In this document: piece after piece, positions 8,437-20,150 of the stretch
How positions within the stretch are numbered: the first letter of the stretch is position 1
How the letters are laid out: every line of letters starts with the position of its first letter
IMG/VR virus record: IMGVR_UViG_3300036668_000172
Span: 1 to 64,000 of that record
Length of the DNA stretch: 64,000 bases
Strand: one strand, 5' to 3'
Origin: a virus
Made by a program: the position numbers and the translations under genes
Notes under the pieces: generated by a model
Seen by the model: the letters and a program-made list of their open reading frames with translations, nothing else
The model's database searches: none
What the model was told of the DNA's origin: nothing

Positions 8437-10338
8437 TTATCCGATGACATTTATAGTGCCTACCATTGCTGAGTGGTTTTGGCATTGATAGTACAAAGTG
8501 CTGGGAGCGCCAGCGTCTATCGTAAACTGAATTCCGCCTACGTCGTCACCGTTGTTAGTAACTCCAGTGTTGTATACGTCTCCTGAAGAGTACCCCGCCC
8601 CAGTGGTCTGAATCCAAAATGGGTGCCCAGAAGCGTTTACAGTAAAGAAGTAAGTGTTACCGCGAACTAGGGTTAACGTGGGGTTATCGCTGCCGTCTAT
8701 AGTGTAAGCAGATGCCCCGTTGTTAGTTACCTGAAAGTTTTCAATAATAGTAAGTCCATCAGCTCCTGTAGGTCCAGTCACTGTTGAGTCAGCCCCTGTT
8801 GGGCCAGTAGGACCTACTGCACCGTCGGGTCCTGTAGGTCCCGTTACGGCTGAGTCAGCACCATCAGCCCCAGTAGGACCTGTAGGTCCGATAGCACCGT
8901 CAGGTCCTGTTGGCCCAACGACAGTTGAGTCTGCCCCAGTAGGACCCGTAGGTCCGCCTGAAGGTCCTGTAGGACCGACTAGGTTAGAAGTGCTTTCCAC
9001 CCAGTAGCCATCGTAATAGACGTACAGACGACTGACTGAAGAGTCAAACCAGCCGTCGCCTTCTTGAGCTGAAGCAGGCGGTGTATCTGAAACAAAGTAA
9101 CCTTGTGCAGGACCCGTAGGTCCATCAGGTCCATCAGGGCCTGTTGGTCCTGTAGGTCCAGTTGGGCCATCTTCGGTTGAAGCCGCACCAGTAGAACCAG
9201 TAGGTCCAAGAGGTCCTTGCTGTCCAAAAGGGCCAGTAGGTCCTTGCGGACCAACAACAGTGGGTACGCTGACCCACTCTGAGCTAAGGTAGGTGTAGAG
9301 ACCACGGGGGTAGAGCGTCGGGTTATCGAGGTCGGCCTCATCTTCGTAAGTGCCTATTGCAAAGTACGCGTCCCCTTCTTCAGGAGTTAACGCTGCCAAC
9401 CCCGAGTAGTCATCAACAAAGCCTAATAGAGTAAAGGTATAGCCAGTGGGGCCAGTTGGTCCTGTAGGTCCAGTAGAGCCAATAGGGCCTGTAGGGCCAA
9501 AGATAGCGCCTACATTTACCCAGATAGTCCCATTCCAAGCGTACAAAGTGGCTTCATCAGCTACAAAGTAAGCAGGATTTCCTGGCGCATTATCGTCTGG
9601 GTCAAATGTAGCTGGAAGGTCTGTAGAGGAAGTAACCCCTCCAATTACATTAAAGTTCAAAGCTTGTGGGCCAGTAGGGCCGATGATGGGGCCAATGTTT
9701 GACCAGCCAGTGTCTAGCCAGACCCAAACGTCTCCTGTGGCAGCTATGTAATACGCATCGTTTATAGTGTCGCCAAATTGAGGGAGAGCAGAAACTGTAG
9801 CTACAGTTCCCAGCAGCTGGAATCCTACCGCATTAATTCCTTGAATTCCTTGTGTACCAGAAGGTCCAGTAGGACCTTGGGGACCAGCAGGCGTTGCCTC
9901 TGCTACGTATGCCCAAGTTGAGCCTGTCCATATAGCAAAAGCATCGTTAGCACTATTCAGCCAGATGTCTCCCACTTGACGAGCGTTTGGCTGTATAGGG
10001 GAGACAGAAACGTTAGTGCTTCCAGCTGTTTCGTATACCAGAGTAGCGCTAAAGTTGACTCCCTCTACAGTAGAAGAAACAAAGAGCTCGTCGCCTTCTT
10101 CTAACGCAAAGCGGAAAGTCTCAAAGGTCTGGGTAGCACCTAGAGAAATGTTAGCGGCTACGTAAGCATAAAAGTCTGGAGTTACTGCACCGCCAGGCTT
10201 TACCCAGATGCTAACAAACGCGTCTACGGTACTGGTATTAGCAGCTATAACAGAAGAAATACCCGTGTTGCCAGCAGAAGCTAGAAGAAGGTCTGTGCTA
10301 GCTTCAGGCGTAGCGGAGCCTATACGACGTACTGCCAT
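8437..10338 (-). CDS. Collagen-like fibre with a C-terminal cupredoxin-like domain
   Basis: Extensive GPT repeats; C-terminal GHPF...[11 protein letters not shown]. Confidence 0.75.
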   Translation of the reverse strand: MAVRRIGSATPEASTDLLLASAGNTGISSVIAANTSTVDAFVSIWVKPGGAVTPDFYAYVAANISLGATQTFETFRFALEEGDELFVSSTVEGVNFSATLVYETAGSTNVSVSPIQPNARQVGDIWLNSANDAFAIWTGSTWAYVAEATPAGPQGPTGPSGTQGIQGINAVGFQLLGTVATVSALPQFGDTINDAYYIAATGDVWVWLDTGWSNIGPIIGPTGPQALNFNVIGGVTSSTDLPATFDPDDNAPGNPAYFVADEATLYAWNGTIWVNVGAIFGPTGPIGSTGPTGPTGPTGYTFTLLGFVDDYSGLAALTPEEGDAYFAIGTYEDEADLDNPTLYPRGLYTYLSSEWVSVPTVVGPQGPTGPFGQQGPLGPTGSTGAASTEDGPTGPTGPTGPDGPDGPTGPAQGYFVSDTPPASAQEGDGWFDSSVSRLYVYYDGYWVESTSNLVGPTGPSGGPTGPTGADSTVVGPTGPDGAIGPTGPTGADGADSAVTGPTGPDGAVGPTGPTGADSTVTGPTGADGLTIIENFQVTNNGASAYTIDGSDNPTLTLVRGNTYFFTVNASGHPFWIQTTGAGYSSGDVYNTGVTNNGDDVGGIQFTIDAGAPSTLYYQCQNHSAMVGTINVIG

Positions 10339-11525
10339 TAGATTATGTCTCCAAACAAGTAGTATGAACCGTTGATGTTCATGAGAATAGCTCTAGAATA
10401 CAGCCCGTTAGTTCTGTTCAATCCATTTTTAGACTCAATACTGATGTTGCTTCCCGAAAAAGTAACCTGCCCGTTGCCCGCCTGAACAACCTCTATCCGC
10501 TGACCATCGGTTAAGATGTTAGGGACAGTCACAGTGATTCCAGCGTCAGAAATAGACCTGACTACACCGTTAGCGTCTGTAGTTCTAAGGGTAAACGCAC
10601 TGTTAATGTCAGTAGTGATAGTGCTTACGGCCGAAGACACCATACTAGTAACGGCAGGCCCAGTTGGTCCAGCTAGGCCTAGAGGTCCCGTAACTCCTTG
10701 AGAACCAGTTGGGCCAGTAGGGCCTTGGGGCCCATCAAATCCAATGTTACCCTGAGAGCCTTGAGGGCCAGTAGGACCCTGAATTTCACCTGCATTAAAC
10801 CAAGCAGTTCCTGACCAGACGTACACGCTGCCAGTGTCAGTGACATACCTGCCATCATTAGTAGTGTTTCCAGTAGCAGGCAAGGCTGCAACAGTCGCAG
10901 ATGCCCCCCTCATAACTACAGAGGTTGCCTGAGGGCCAGCCTCACCTTGCTCGCCAGCGGGGCCAACGATTCCTCTAGGGCCTTCAGGGCCTGTATCTCC
11001 GTCAATTCCAGCTCCAGCAAACGCCCACCCGTTAGAAGTAAAAGACTCTAGACGGTTAATTTCCGTATTAAACCTCGTGTAACCTATCTCTGCCTCAGGA
11101 AAGCGCTCAGCAGTAGTGCCCTTTTCTAAGTAGATAGTGTTGACATTCCCAAGAATTGTCTTATTAGAGAAGGTCTGCGACAAGTTTTCAGGAAGAACAG
11201 CGTCAGACTGAGGAATTCCTGTGCAAGTAAATGAACAGCTATTGGTAGTAGCCTGAACGAAGACCGCGTCTCCAGCGTTAACTGCAAATCTGAAGGTCTC
11301 AAAAGCTTGCCCAACATCAATTGAGAGGTTCTTAGCAATGTAGATGTACTGGTTTTCAGTCGTGGCTCCCAGAGGGACAACCCAGATGTTAGCTTTTAAT
11401 TCGGGTGTAGTTGCAAGGGTTGTGTTGGCAGCTAATACGGAGATAAGGTGCGCTCCCGCAAAGCTTGCCAGCACTGAGGGACCATTGGCAACGGGTGTTA
11501 CTGTTCCCAGTCTTGAGACTCCCAT
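10338..11525 (-). CDS. Collagen-like fibre protein, paralogous at the N-terminus to 8437..10338
   Basis: Shared FETFRFA motif and GPxG repeats. Confidence 0.75.
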   Translation of the reverse strand: MGVSRLGTVTPVANGPSVLASFAGAHLISVLAANTTLATTPELKANIWVVPLGATTENQYIYIAKNLSIDVGQAFETFRFAVNAGDAVFVQATTNSCSFTCTGIPQSDAVLPENLSQTFSNKTILGNVNTIYLEKGTTAERFPEAEIGYTRFNTEINRLESFTSNGWAFAGAGIDGDTGPEGPRGIVGPAGEQGEAGPQATSVVMRGASATVAALPATGNTTNDGRYVTDTGSVYVWSGTAWFNAGEIQGPTGPQGSQGNIGFDGPQGPTGPTGSQGVTGPLGLAGPTGPAVTSMVSSAVSTITTDINSAFTLRTTDANGVVRSISDAGITVTVPNILTDGQRIEVVQAGNGQVTFSGSNISIESKNGLNRTNGLYSRAILMNINGSYYLFGDII

Positions 11526-11533
11526 GTTTTCTC

Positions 11534-14500
11534 CTACGCTTGAGCTTCGGACCAGGACATCTTGGCTGATGTCAACGTGCCACTTCCTGTTAGACGAGAT
11601 ACCGCAATGGTAAGAATGTCGGGCCCATCTGGGAAGACAGAGTCTCCACCTAGAATAGAGTTAGATAACTCAAACAATGAGGAGACATCTACTGTGGTAG
11701 ATAGCTCAGCACCAGCAGTTCCACCAGAAGCACGGAAGTTGTAGACCTGAACTCCACCAGAAACGGTGTCTGCTGCAGTGTGCTCAACAACCTGTGTTAG
11801 TGATGGGGAATCAACACCTTGGAAGTTCAAGTTGTTTAGACGGCCATTCAAGAGAACCTTTACATCTACCAACTGGGTGCTTGAAATACCAATCTCCTGC
11901 AATCTAAGTTGCATTCGGTTTAGCACGTCTCGGTCACCCAGTTTACCCGTCAAACCAGAGGACACTGAAGGGCTCAATCGGATTGAGATAAGTGGCTGAT
12001 AGTTTGGCCCTGAGGTGTTATTTAGTGCACCTTCTGGGTACAGGAAGTAGGTGTACTGGCTATTACCTTGAGTAGTAAAGTCCAGAGCTCGGTATACCCT
12101 TGCTCCAGGGTCAGACAATGCGCTGATAGTGGCAGTAGTTGGGACGACCATAGTAAAAGTGGTCGTGTCTGTGACAGTTGCATCCCCATATACTTCTTTT
12201 ACAGAACCTAGCTGAGTAATGCCTGTTAACCTGACAGTCTGCCCACTTGTTAAGTTGTGGACACCGCTAGTGATTATAGTAGCCACGGTAGTTGACTGAG
12301 CTACCGTAGAGACGGTGACCCCTGTAGCAGCACCAATACCAGAAGTAGGGGCAAATAGCCCAAGAGTATTAGCGCTAGCCGCAAAGGCAGTATAAACAGC
12401 CGCGTTGTCTAGGTTATTATCTGGATTATAAGCAGTAACACTTACGCTCAAATCAGGGTTCTGAGTTTCCTGACCACGTAGACCGCTAGTAGCAATACCC
12501 TCAAACTGCAGTGTATCGCCGTTAGTAAATCCGTGTGAAGGTATGGTTATTAGATTTGTGGCTACGTCAATAGCCGAGGATGAGAATGACTTCTCAGTGG
12601 TACCAGTGACCTGGAGCGCTTGAGACGTTGATGTGAACTTGTAGGCGTTATCATCATCAAATCCACCGTCCATCATTACTGAGGTACCCCAGTGGAACAA
12701 GAATGGGATGTAGGTAGGGTTATCGTAAGTAATTACTTCGTAGCGAGCAGGCAAGTTACCTGAACGGAAGTAGGACTCGTACAGCTGGTTGTTGTGGATA
12801 AACTCGTGGGTGTACTGTACTTGACCATCAGTAGTTTTGAATCCGAAACGAATCTTACCAGCACCATACCAAGAGTAGTCCATGTAGACCATCTGAATAC
12901 GAGATAGGTCAAGATTGTAGCCTGTGACACCCGTGCCATCTAGTGGGTCAATGTTAAAGTCTTCCTGAGCTACTCTAGTATCAACCGTCTTAGTGATGAT
13001 GATACCCGCTTTAGCAGGAGTGAACGAGTGAACACTGGTGGTTCCTACGCTAGATAGGCTAACTACAGAGGCTGAGTTAGGACCAGCTTTTAGCTGGAAA
13101 CTGTTGTTATCAGTCAGTTCAATGTAGTAAGTACGTCCGTTAATCAGACCACCAATTTGCTCACCGTCAATTGCGTTGTAGATAACTGGCAAGTTATCAG
13201 CAAAACCGTGTCCAGTTATTTGGAAGATGTCAGTAGCTAGACGCACCACTCCAGTGGTTCCATTGCCTGGGTTGAACTCTTTCTCAATTCCTGAAGAACC
13301 CTTGTACTCTGGGCGGATAGCGAGGCGAGTGTCCGACTGAATCTCAACGATACGATAGGACTGTCCACGCATAACAATGTAGTCACCTACTGCAAGCTGA
13401 GCAGTAAATTGGGTATTAGTACCAAATACAAGCTCAGACCCTTGCAAACAAGCTGCAGTTCCTGCTATCTGCTGAGTGGAAGAGCGGCGAACGGCATATA
13501 GCTTTTGACCGTCGTATTCGTAGAAGGCACCATTCTGGAAGTCAAACATTCCTGAACGAACTGCGCCGTTGCTCCACGACTCCACAAAGAACTGAGGGAA
13601 TCCATAGGCACGGTTTTCGACTATTGTCTCCGAAGCGGTGATTCTAAAGGTAGTTAAGTCCACCACAGTTACCTGGAAACGCCCATTAAACACAGAGCTA
13701 GCTTGTCCAGTAGAGTCAGTAGCTTGACTTATAACTACAAACAAACCAGCTCCCAAACCATGTGGTCGGCGAGTCTTAGCCTCTATGGTGATTGGAGAGA
13801 CTTGAATCATTGATTCAAGGTCAATTGAAGGCTTGAAGTTTATACCAGCTGAAGTCTGGATACCCTTACCTGATTGGTAACGGAAGTACTTACGAGTTTG
13901 GCGCACAATCTGCGCCAAAGAAGTCTCTGCACCAGCAGACATCTCAACACCACCATCAAACGGACGGTGTAGAGAGTACCCTTGTGGACGTACATACAAG
14001 AAGGTTGGGAAAGAGTAGCTAGCATCTGTAAAAGCGTTAGCGTATGGACGGTCTACAGTCACCTGAGTATCAGAACCGACCGCTGTAATACGACGAATGA
14101 TAGGGCTTACTGGAAGAGTCCATGTCAAAGTAAACGCAGTACCAGTACCCTGAGAGCTAAAGTCTACAAGGCCAGTGTTCGCTACAGCGTCATCAAACGA
14201 GCCGTGGAGCGAGAGCTGGGTCTCAGAGATATTCCTTACAAAGTAGTAGTAACCTTCAATCAAAGGCGTAGGAGCCACGCCACCGTTTGCATTGAAGACA
14301 ACAGTGTCACCTGTCTCATAAGTGTGGGTTTTATTGATTACGTTGGTGGTGGCGTTTACATCCGCAGCAGCAAAAGTTATCTTATTCTCAACGTTAGCTG
14401 GGAACAAACGGAAGCGGTCTCCAACTTTAAGAATTTTAGAGAAAGAAGTACCTTCACCATTTACAAGAACTGACCCTGCCTGCACAGAGACATTTCCACC

Positions 14501-17368
14501 ACCAGTAATGTTTCCATTAATCTGAGCAGTGGTGAAAGTGTGCTCAACGCCAGTACCAAAGTCGTCTAGGCCCAGCGTGATACCAGCACTAGCGTTATCC
14601 GCGTTTGTGGCTAACTTGAGATAGTCGCGGTTTAGTACTACTACAAAGTAGGCTACGCCAGAGGTAAGCCCTGTAATAGTAGTCCCTGTACCACCTGCAT
14701 TGTAGGTAACTCTTGTTCCTGTTACAAATCCGTGAGAAGGAAGCTTTATAGAATCTAGGTTTAGGTCCAGTGCCGAGCGTGGGTTAAAGATTTTCTCAAT
14801 AGAGGAAACCCTGCCCTTAGCTGCAACGGTGAATGTAGTCGGCGTAGGTACTGAGGTGATGTCGTAAATACCATCTGGGGTCTGAGTAAGTGACTTTAGG
14901 GAGTGAATTCCAACACCAGCTGGTGAATCCACAAGGTCAATTGCGATACCTTCAAGAGCATTTTGGACGCTAGTGGCTAGCTTGATGTTATCGCCGTCTA
15001 GGGAAATTACGTAGTAAGGAGTAGCTGTAGTTAGTCCCCCAATAACTTGCTGACCCTTTGAGTCATACTCAACTAGCTCTTTTGTCAAATAACCGTGCTG
15101 AGGTAGAGTGATGGTATTCGTCGCAAAATCAATTGATAGAATAACTAGCGATTGGGTACCTGTTCCCACGTCTGTCAAGTCAACAATGTTTGTTAGAGAT
15201 TTATTAGACGCTAACTTAATGATGCTGGCGTTTTCCCTGACTACAAAGTAGGTAGAACCGCTCGCTAGACCTGCAATGGTAGTTCCCCCACCATTTTCAT
15301 ATCTTACTGACTGGCCAGAAATAAGGCTGTGGTTAGGAAGATACAGAGTATTTTCAAGCAAGTTAACTGTTACAAAGATAAAGCTGTGACTAGTGCCCGT
15401 ACCCGCTGAAACAAAATCAATTGGGGTTGGGGCGTTCAAAGCAACTTTCAACTTAATTCGGTTTGCGTCTACTACTTCAGAGATGTAGTAAGTTGCTGAG
15501 TCCTGTAAAGGGCTAATCGGGGTACCATCACCTGGGGTGTACTGAACTGGTTGGTCAACCTCAAATCCGTGGTTATTAATAGTCAAGGTGTCAGTAGACG
15601 TGTTCACTACAATACGGCGGATAGCGTCTGATGTGCCCAAGCTGCGTTTTGAAGGCGTGGTGAAGTTAATGGTTGAGAATGAAGGTCCAGGAGTACTACT
15701 TAGGCTATAAGTAAATGTGTCTACAAACTGAGCGTAGTATACCTCGTTGCCCTGAAGGTTGCCTGGAGGAGTACTCCCGAAGCTAAAGGTTACAGCAGTG
15801 CCACTAGTCAACGTGTGCGGCTGGGTGCTGTGAATCTGGTTATTTTGAAGGTCCAAAGTGATTGGCACAAATGAGTGGAAAGAGCTACCTGCTGAAGCGA
15901 CAGCAATCTTATTCGTACCGTTTTCAGCGTCTAGAGCTGTTGGGTATACCTCATTACCCGTTGTAAAGGAGTTTACTAGAGTCACTCCTACAGAGCCTTC
16001 TCCAGTATTCCAAGAACTCAAGTTAGCGATACCTGCAGAGTTAAAAGTGTTAATACCCTCAAAAGAACCGTTAGAAGTTCCTACGTTAGTTGCAGTGCTT
16101 ACTAGGAAGCTACCACCACCACCACCACCGCGGTTAGATTGGTTAACGCGGGCACCAGCACCTCCTGAATAACCACCACCACCACCAGATTGGTTAGCTA
16201 TGTTTCCGTCAGCTTGTGAGCCTCCACCGAAACCACCAGCTCCACCATTACGGCTGTTTGCAGTCATAGTTAAGCCATTAAAGAAGTTTCCACCAGCTTG
16301 AGAGTTTAGGGAGCCACGACCATTTGTAAAGGTAGTGCCGTCAGTACCATTTGAGAAGAACCCACCACCACCTGCAGACCAACCTCCTTGGGCGAAACCA
16401 CCTTGTCCAGCAGAGAAGTTAGCTATCTGGTTAGTTTCAGACAATCCTCCAAGAAAAGTAAGTGCGCCGTCTTTTCCTACACCTGTGTTAGGTTCACCAG
16501 AGCCTCCTCCAGCAATGAATAGTGGCTCATTACCAGTTTTACGAACGACAAACGACCCACCACCAGAGCCGCCAGCAACAGAGCCCGAGTTTGGAGAAGC
16601 GCCCTGCTGGCCTGCAATAATAGTGATTATCTCACCTTTAGTGAGAGGTATTCGGCCTTTAACCACGGCTCCTCTACCAGTTGTTCCTGAACCAGAGCCA
16701 TTGAAACCTGCGGCTCCTGAAACGTTGAACTCATAAACACCAGAAACTGGAACAGTCCAGTCTTGGTAACCCTGCCAAGTACCTTGACTAAGGAAGTTAG
16801 TTGACCATGCAGTTGCTCCAGTATAAGAGGAGCGTAGCTGAGCAATAGTGGGTCCTACACGTCCAGTTAGACCTGCAGTATTAAAAGTGTGGTTAGTAAA
16901 AGAGTAAAGAGCCTGAGTACCAGCAAAGCTAGAAATAGACACGTTCTTTAAGAAGTAAGTCGAACCACTAGCCAACCCTGTAATAGGAGTTTCATTGGTG
17001 TAATACTTAATGGCTTGATTGTCTGCAGTAGAGGCGTCAATGTTGAGCTTTTGGTCGAATAGCACAGGTAGGTTAAAGCTAATACCACCAGCAGTAGAAC
17101 CGCTGAAGTCAATAGCTGCTCCGCCTGAAGACGCGCTAAAAGTAAGCTTCTTTTGGTTAGTAGTAGTCACGTATACAAGTGCGCCCCCATCAAGGCCGCC
17201 CAAGGTACCAACGCCAGGCTGATAAATAAAAGTAGTACCAGGAACAAAGGCATCTGGGATAGTCTCTCCAGAGCCTTTAAAGTAGATAAAGTCTTCATCA
17301 GTGTCTACATTTACTCTAGCAAAGGAGTGCGTTCCAGCCGCACCTACTGTTAGTAAATCAATAGCCAT
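11534..17368 (-). CDS. Giant (1944 aa) tail fibre/virion protein
   Basis: Repeated HG(F/Y).TG..V.Y..GL...TYYV...I.LA modules and a Gly-rich domain. Confidence 0.75.
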   Translation of the reverse strand: MAIDLLTVGAAGTHSFARVNVDTDEDFIYFKGSGETIPDAFVPGTTFIYQPGVGTLGGLDGGALVYVTTTNQKKLTFSASSGGAAIDFSGSTAGGISFNLPVLFDQKLNIDASTADNQAIKYYTNETPITGLASGSTYFLKNVSISSFAGTQALYSFTNHTFNTAGLTGRVGPTIAQLRSSYTGATAWSTNFLSQGTWQGYQDWTVPVSGVYEFNVSGAAGFNGSGSGTTGRGAVVKGRIPLTKGEIITIIAGQQGASPNSGSVAGGSGGGSFVVRKTGNEPLFIAGGGSGEPNTGVGKDGALTFLGGLSETNQIANFSAGQGGFAQGGWSAGGGGFFSNGTDGTTFTNGRGSLNSQAGGNFFNGLTMTANSRNGGAGGFGGGSQADGNIANQSGGGGGYSGGAGARVNQSNRGGGGGGSFLVSTATNVGTSNGSFEGINTFNSAGIANLSSWNTGEGSVGVTLVNSFTTGNEVYPTALDAENGTNKIAVASAGSSFHSFVPITLDLQNNQIHSTQPHTLTSGTAVTFSFGSTPPGNLQGNEVYYAQFVDTFTYSLSSTPGPSFSTINFTTPSKRSLGTSDAIRRIVVNTSTDTLTINNHGFEVDQPVQYTPGDGTPISPLQDSATYYISEVVDANRIKLKVALNAPTPIDFVSAGTGTSHSFIFVTVNLLENTLYLPNHSLISGQSVRYENGGGTTIAGLASGSTYFVVRENASIIKLASNKSLTNIVDLTDVGTGTQSLVILSIDFATNTITLPQHGYLTKELVEYDSKGQQVIGGLTTATPYYVISLDGDNIKLATSVQNALEGIAIDLVDSPAGVGIHSLKSLTQTPDGIYDITSVPTPTTFTVAAKGRVSSIEKIFNPRSALDLNLDSIKLPSHGFVTGTRVTYNAGGTGTTITGLTSGVAYFVVVLNRDYLKLATNADNASAGITLGLDDFGTGVEHTFTTAQINGNITGGGNVSVQAGSVLVNGEGTSFSKILKVGDRFRLFPANVENKITFAAADVNATTNVINKTHTYETGDTVVFNANGGVAPTPLIEGYYYFVRNISETQLSLHGSFDDAVANTGLVDFSSQGTGTAFTLTWTLPVSPIIRRITAVGSDTQVTVDRPYANAFTDASYSFPTFLYVRPQGYSLHRPFDGGVEMSAGAETSLAQIVRQTRKYFRYQSGKGIQTSAGINFKPSIDLESMIQVSPITIEAKTRRPHGLGAGLFVVISQATDSTGQASSVFNGRFQVTVVDLTTFRITASETIVENRAYGFPQFFVESWSNGAVRSGMFDFQNGAFYEYDGQKLYAVRRSSTQQIAGTAACLQGSELVFGTNTQFTAQLAVGDYIVMRGQSYRIVEIQSDTRLAIRPEYKGSSGIEKEFNPGNGTTGVVRLATDIFQITGHGFADNLPVIYNAIDGEQIGGLINGRTYYIELTDNNSFQLKAGPNSASVVSLSSVGTTSVHSFTPAKAGIIITKTVDTRVAQEDFNIDPLDGTGVTGYNLDLSRIQMVYMDYSWYGAGKIRFGFKTTDGQVQYTHEFIHNNQLYESYFRSGNLPARYEVITYDNPTYIPFLFHWGTSVMMDGGFDDDNAYKFTSTSQALQVTGTTEKSFSSSAIDVATNLITIPSHGFTNGDTLQFEGIATSGLRGQETQNPDLSVSVTAYNPDNNLDNAAVYTAFAASANTLGLFAPTSGIGAATGVTVSTVAQSTTVATIITSGVHNLTSGQTVRLTGITQLGSVKEVYGDATVTDTTTFTMVVPTTATISALSDPGARVYRALDFTTQGNSQYTYFLYPEGALNNTSGPNYQPLISIRLSPSVSSGLTGKLGDRDVLNRMQLRLQEIGISSTQLVDVKVLLNGRLNNLNFQGVDSPSLTQVVEHTAADTVSGGVQVYNFRASGGTAGAELSTTVDVSSLFELSNSILGGDSVFPDGPDILTIAVSRLTGSGTLTSAKMSWSEAQA

Positions 17369-17384
17369 TTATTTTATCCTTAAC

Positions 17385-20114
17385 TTAGAGTTTCTGAATT
17401 GTGATGTAGCCTGTACCGCCGTTGTTCCCCAGCCAACTAAAATTTGAAACTGAGCCAGCCCAGATGGATGTGTAACCGCCACTAACATTGAGCCCTGCGT
17501 AGTAACTACCTCCAGCACCTGCACCGTAGGAACCGCTTCCACCACTGAAGCCTCCAGCACTGCTACCGTCATCGTTGGAGCCTGCACCTCCACCGAAACC
17601 ACCATAGCCAGCGTCGGTGTCTATTGAACTACCGCCAATCCAAATTCGACCACTATTGGCATTACCGTTGCCGCCCAGCCAACCAGCACCCTCTCCAGAT
17701 TGACCTGATTGTCCTGGCTGACCATTATTGGTAGTAGGAGAGTTTTGTCCGCTACCTGATGTAGGATTTAGGTCTGAGCGTGCATCATCGCCGCTCTGGC
17801 TACTATCATCTGCACCTCCACCGCCACCAGCAGCAAGAATTAGCCCATTGCCTCCAGGATTTCCCGAGTAGATAAACGTACCGCCAGCTCCACCCCCGCC
17901 TCGACCGTTGAAGCCTCTCTCGCCTTGCTGACTAACAACTAAATTCAAGAGTTGGTTACTAGTTAGTGCAACATCTACACGCAAGGTTCCGCCATAGCCA
18001 CCACGGTTATTACTTCCACTAAAGTTCGTGCCGCCGCCGCCGATGCTGCTACTAGCAGTGATTCTATATATGGCATCTGCAGGAACTGTCCAAATTTGTA
18101 TACCGTTAGTGGTCATGTTTAAGTACTGACTTGCCCATGAAGGGTTTCCAACGCCGTTGCGGGCTTGAGAAATACTTGGACCGTTCTGAGTATCTGGACT
18201 CCCGCTGTTGGACCTGCCCCCCGAGGTAAATGTTGCATTGCTAAAAGAGTACAGTTCTGGCGGCTGGTTGAACTGGAAGGTAATAATCTGTTGACCAGTT
18301 GCGCCAGCAGCGTCCGAAACACGGATTATTACGTCTGCCTGAGCTTGCGCAGCACTTGGCGTTCCTGAAATGACTCCAGTAGAAGTGTTTAGGACCAACC
18401 CAGCTGGAAGTGTCCCACTGATTACTGCCCAGCTTAGTGGAGCTGTAAAGCCTACAGTGTTAACGGTAGTAGGCGTAATAGGGCTTCCTGAGTCAGTTCC
18501 TGTGCGGTTCTGGGTAGTAGGAGTCACTTCCCCTAGAGTGTGAGAAAGCGTAAAATTGTGCTGGTCATACCTAGTTTGTATAAAGTAGAAGTTCTTTACT
18601 TGGTCTGACCCAAAGTTACCCCCAACAGGGTAGGAGTACTTGAGCATGTCATTTACTTGGAAGCCATTGTCTTTAAGGTGAATAATATCTTTGTCTAAAG
18701 AGATGCCTATTTGCTTAAATGTCTGAGTACCACTTCCCCCAGATAGTCCAGAAATAACTGAGCCATTAGGTAGTGGGCGCAAAGTTACGCTGTAGAAGTC
18801 AGTGGAGCCCTGACGGAAATACGCATCTACAAAGTAGGTGGTGTTGTTGAGAAGTCCAGTGGCGGCCGAGCCGTCAGTAGAGTACAGCAACATAGTCCCA
18901 AAGTACCAGTTAAGTTCAACCTCGGACTGCAAAGTAATGTTTGAACCGCTGTAGCCGTTAGCAATTACTGTGCCCATGGTTCCGTCGGCATTATCGCCAT
19001 CAAACTCTTTGGCAGGGTCATTAATAAGGGTGATTGTTTGTTCAGTGCTTGGGCTTACGTTGTTACCTGCAAAAGTACGCGCTTGGTTGGCCCTCTGGAA
19101 GGTTCCAGACAAGTTTCCAGTGATGTCAATTACAGGTCCGTCTGGAACTTCACTGACTGAGAAAGAGGATACAGATGGGCCGTTACCGTCAGTGCTTTTT
19201 AGGAATACAACCCCACGAGGGTTAGCTGCAAAGAAGCCAGAAGCAGATAGAACATCGTAGTATAGCGGCGCACCCAGTGCTAGGCCTGAGAAGTTTTCAG
19301 CTCCGTGAGTAACTGTAACCGTGTCATTAGCAGGGTCAGTAGTAGAGATAGCGCTAGTAGCGCCACCAACTACTGCACTGTTAGAAAAGTCAATAGAGAC
19401 TGAGGACAAAGTGTTAGAGCCATCAAAAGTCTGCGCTGTAGCAGAGTTAGACGCGTCAAAAGCCCTAGTGGTTGTATTTGCAGAAGGGAACTCTTGTGAA
19501 ATAGTGGAGTTCAAGTTCAAGAAGTAGAATGGAGTCTTTACACCAAAGCCGTGCGTTGACTCAGTAGTAACAGTTAATGTAGAAATAGACTCATCGTCTG
19601 TAACAATTCCATCAGAGTCAGAGATGCGAAGTTGAGAACCTTGGAAGAATTCACCAGTAATAATAGATGTGTACAAATCTTCAATAGCGGCAGTATTAAC
19701 TTGGTTATCTCTACACAGATAAGTGAAGGTAGAAACGTCTGGAATAGAGTTAATGATGTAAGAGCCATCTGCTGTAACTGACTTAGAACCAGTAACCTGA
19801 ATAGGAATACCGACAGCGAGGTTGTGCTCAAGAGCTGTAGTTACTGTAATTTCACGAGTTCCTGCGTTGGTAGTTACAGACACGATTCCAGGAATGGTGG
19901 TGTCACCAGACTTAGAGAAGAATGACGGAGTGTTGTTGATTAGCTCAACAGTCTCCCACTTGGTTGGCTGTAGACCGTACTCAAAGTCAGTATCAATGAG
20001 GTTCTCAGGGTTAGATACCCTGAGTTTAGTTACTGGGTCAATAAACTCTTTAGGGAAGCGTATTTCTCCACCTGCACCACCTGAAGAACCGCCGCCGCCT
20101 AGAAATCCTGGCAT
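17385..20114 (-). CDS. Virion structural protein with a putative Ig domain and Gly-rich C-terminus
   Basis: KLRVSNPENLIDTDFEYGLQPTKWE; GTLPAGLVLNTSTGVISGTP (He_PIG-like); WTVP..Gly-rich tail. Confidence 0.75.
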   Translation of the reverse strand: MPGFLGGGGSSGGAGGEIRFPKEFIDPVTKLRVSNPENLIDTDFEYGLQPTKWETVELINNTPSFFSKSGDTTIPGIVSVTTNAGTREITVTTALEHNLAVGIPIQVTGSKSVTADGSYIINSIPDVSTFTYLCRDNQVNTAAIEDLYTSIITGEFFQGSQLRISDSDGIVTDDESISTLTVTTESTHGFGVKTPFYFLNLNSTISQEFPSANTTTRAFDASNSATAQTFDGSNTLSSVSIDFSNSAVVGGATSAISTTDPANDTVTVTHGAENFSGLALGAPLYYDVLSASGFFAANPRGVVFLKSTDGNGPSVSSFSVSEVPDGPVIDITGNLSGTFQRANQARTFAGNNVSPSTEQTITLINDPAKEFDGDNADGTMGTVIANGYSGSNITLQSEVELNWYFGTMLLYSTDGSAATGLLNNTTYFVDAYFRQGSTDFYSVTLRPLPNGSVISGLSGGSGTQTFKQIGISLDKDIIHLKDNGFQVNDMLKYSYPVGGNFGSDQVKNFYFIQTRYDQHNFTLSHTLGEVTPTTQNRTGTDSGSPITPTTVNTVGFTAPLSWAVISGTLPAGLVLNTSTGVISGTPSAAQAQADVIIRVSDAAGATGQQIITFQFNQPPELYSFSNATFTSGGRSNSGSPDTQNGPSISQARNGVGNPSWASQYLNMTTNGIQIWTVPADAIYRITASSSIGGGGTNFSGSNNRGGYGGTLRVDVALTSNQLLNLVVSQQGERGFNGRGGGGAGGTFIYSGNPGGNGLILAAGGGGGADDSSQSGDDARSDLNPTSGSGQNSPTTNNGQPGQSGQSGEGAGWLGGNGNANSGRIWIGGSSIDTDAGYGGFGGGAGSNDDGSSAGGFSGGSGSYGAGAGGSYYAGLNVSGGYTSIWAGSVSNFSWLGNNGGTGYITIQKL

Positions 20115-20150
20115 AGTTTACCGCTTTCTAAATATAAAAGACTATAAGAA

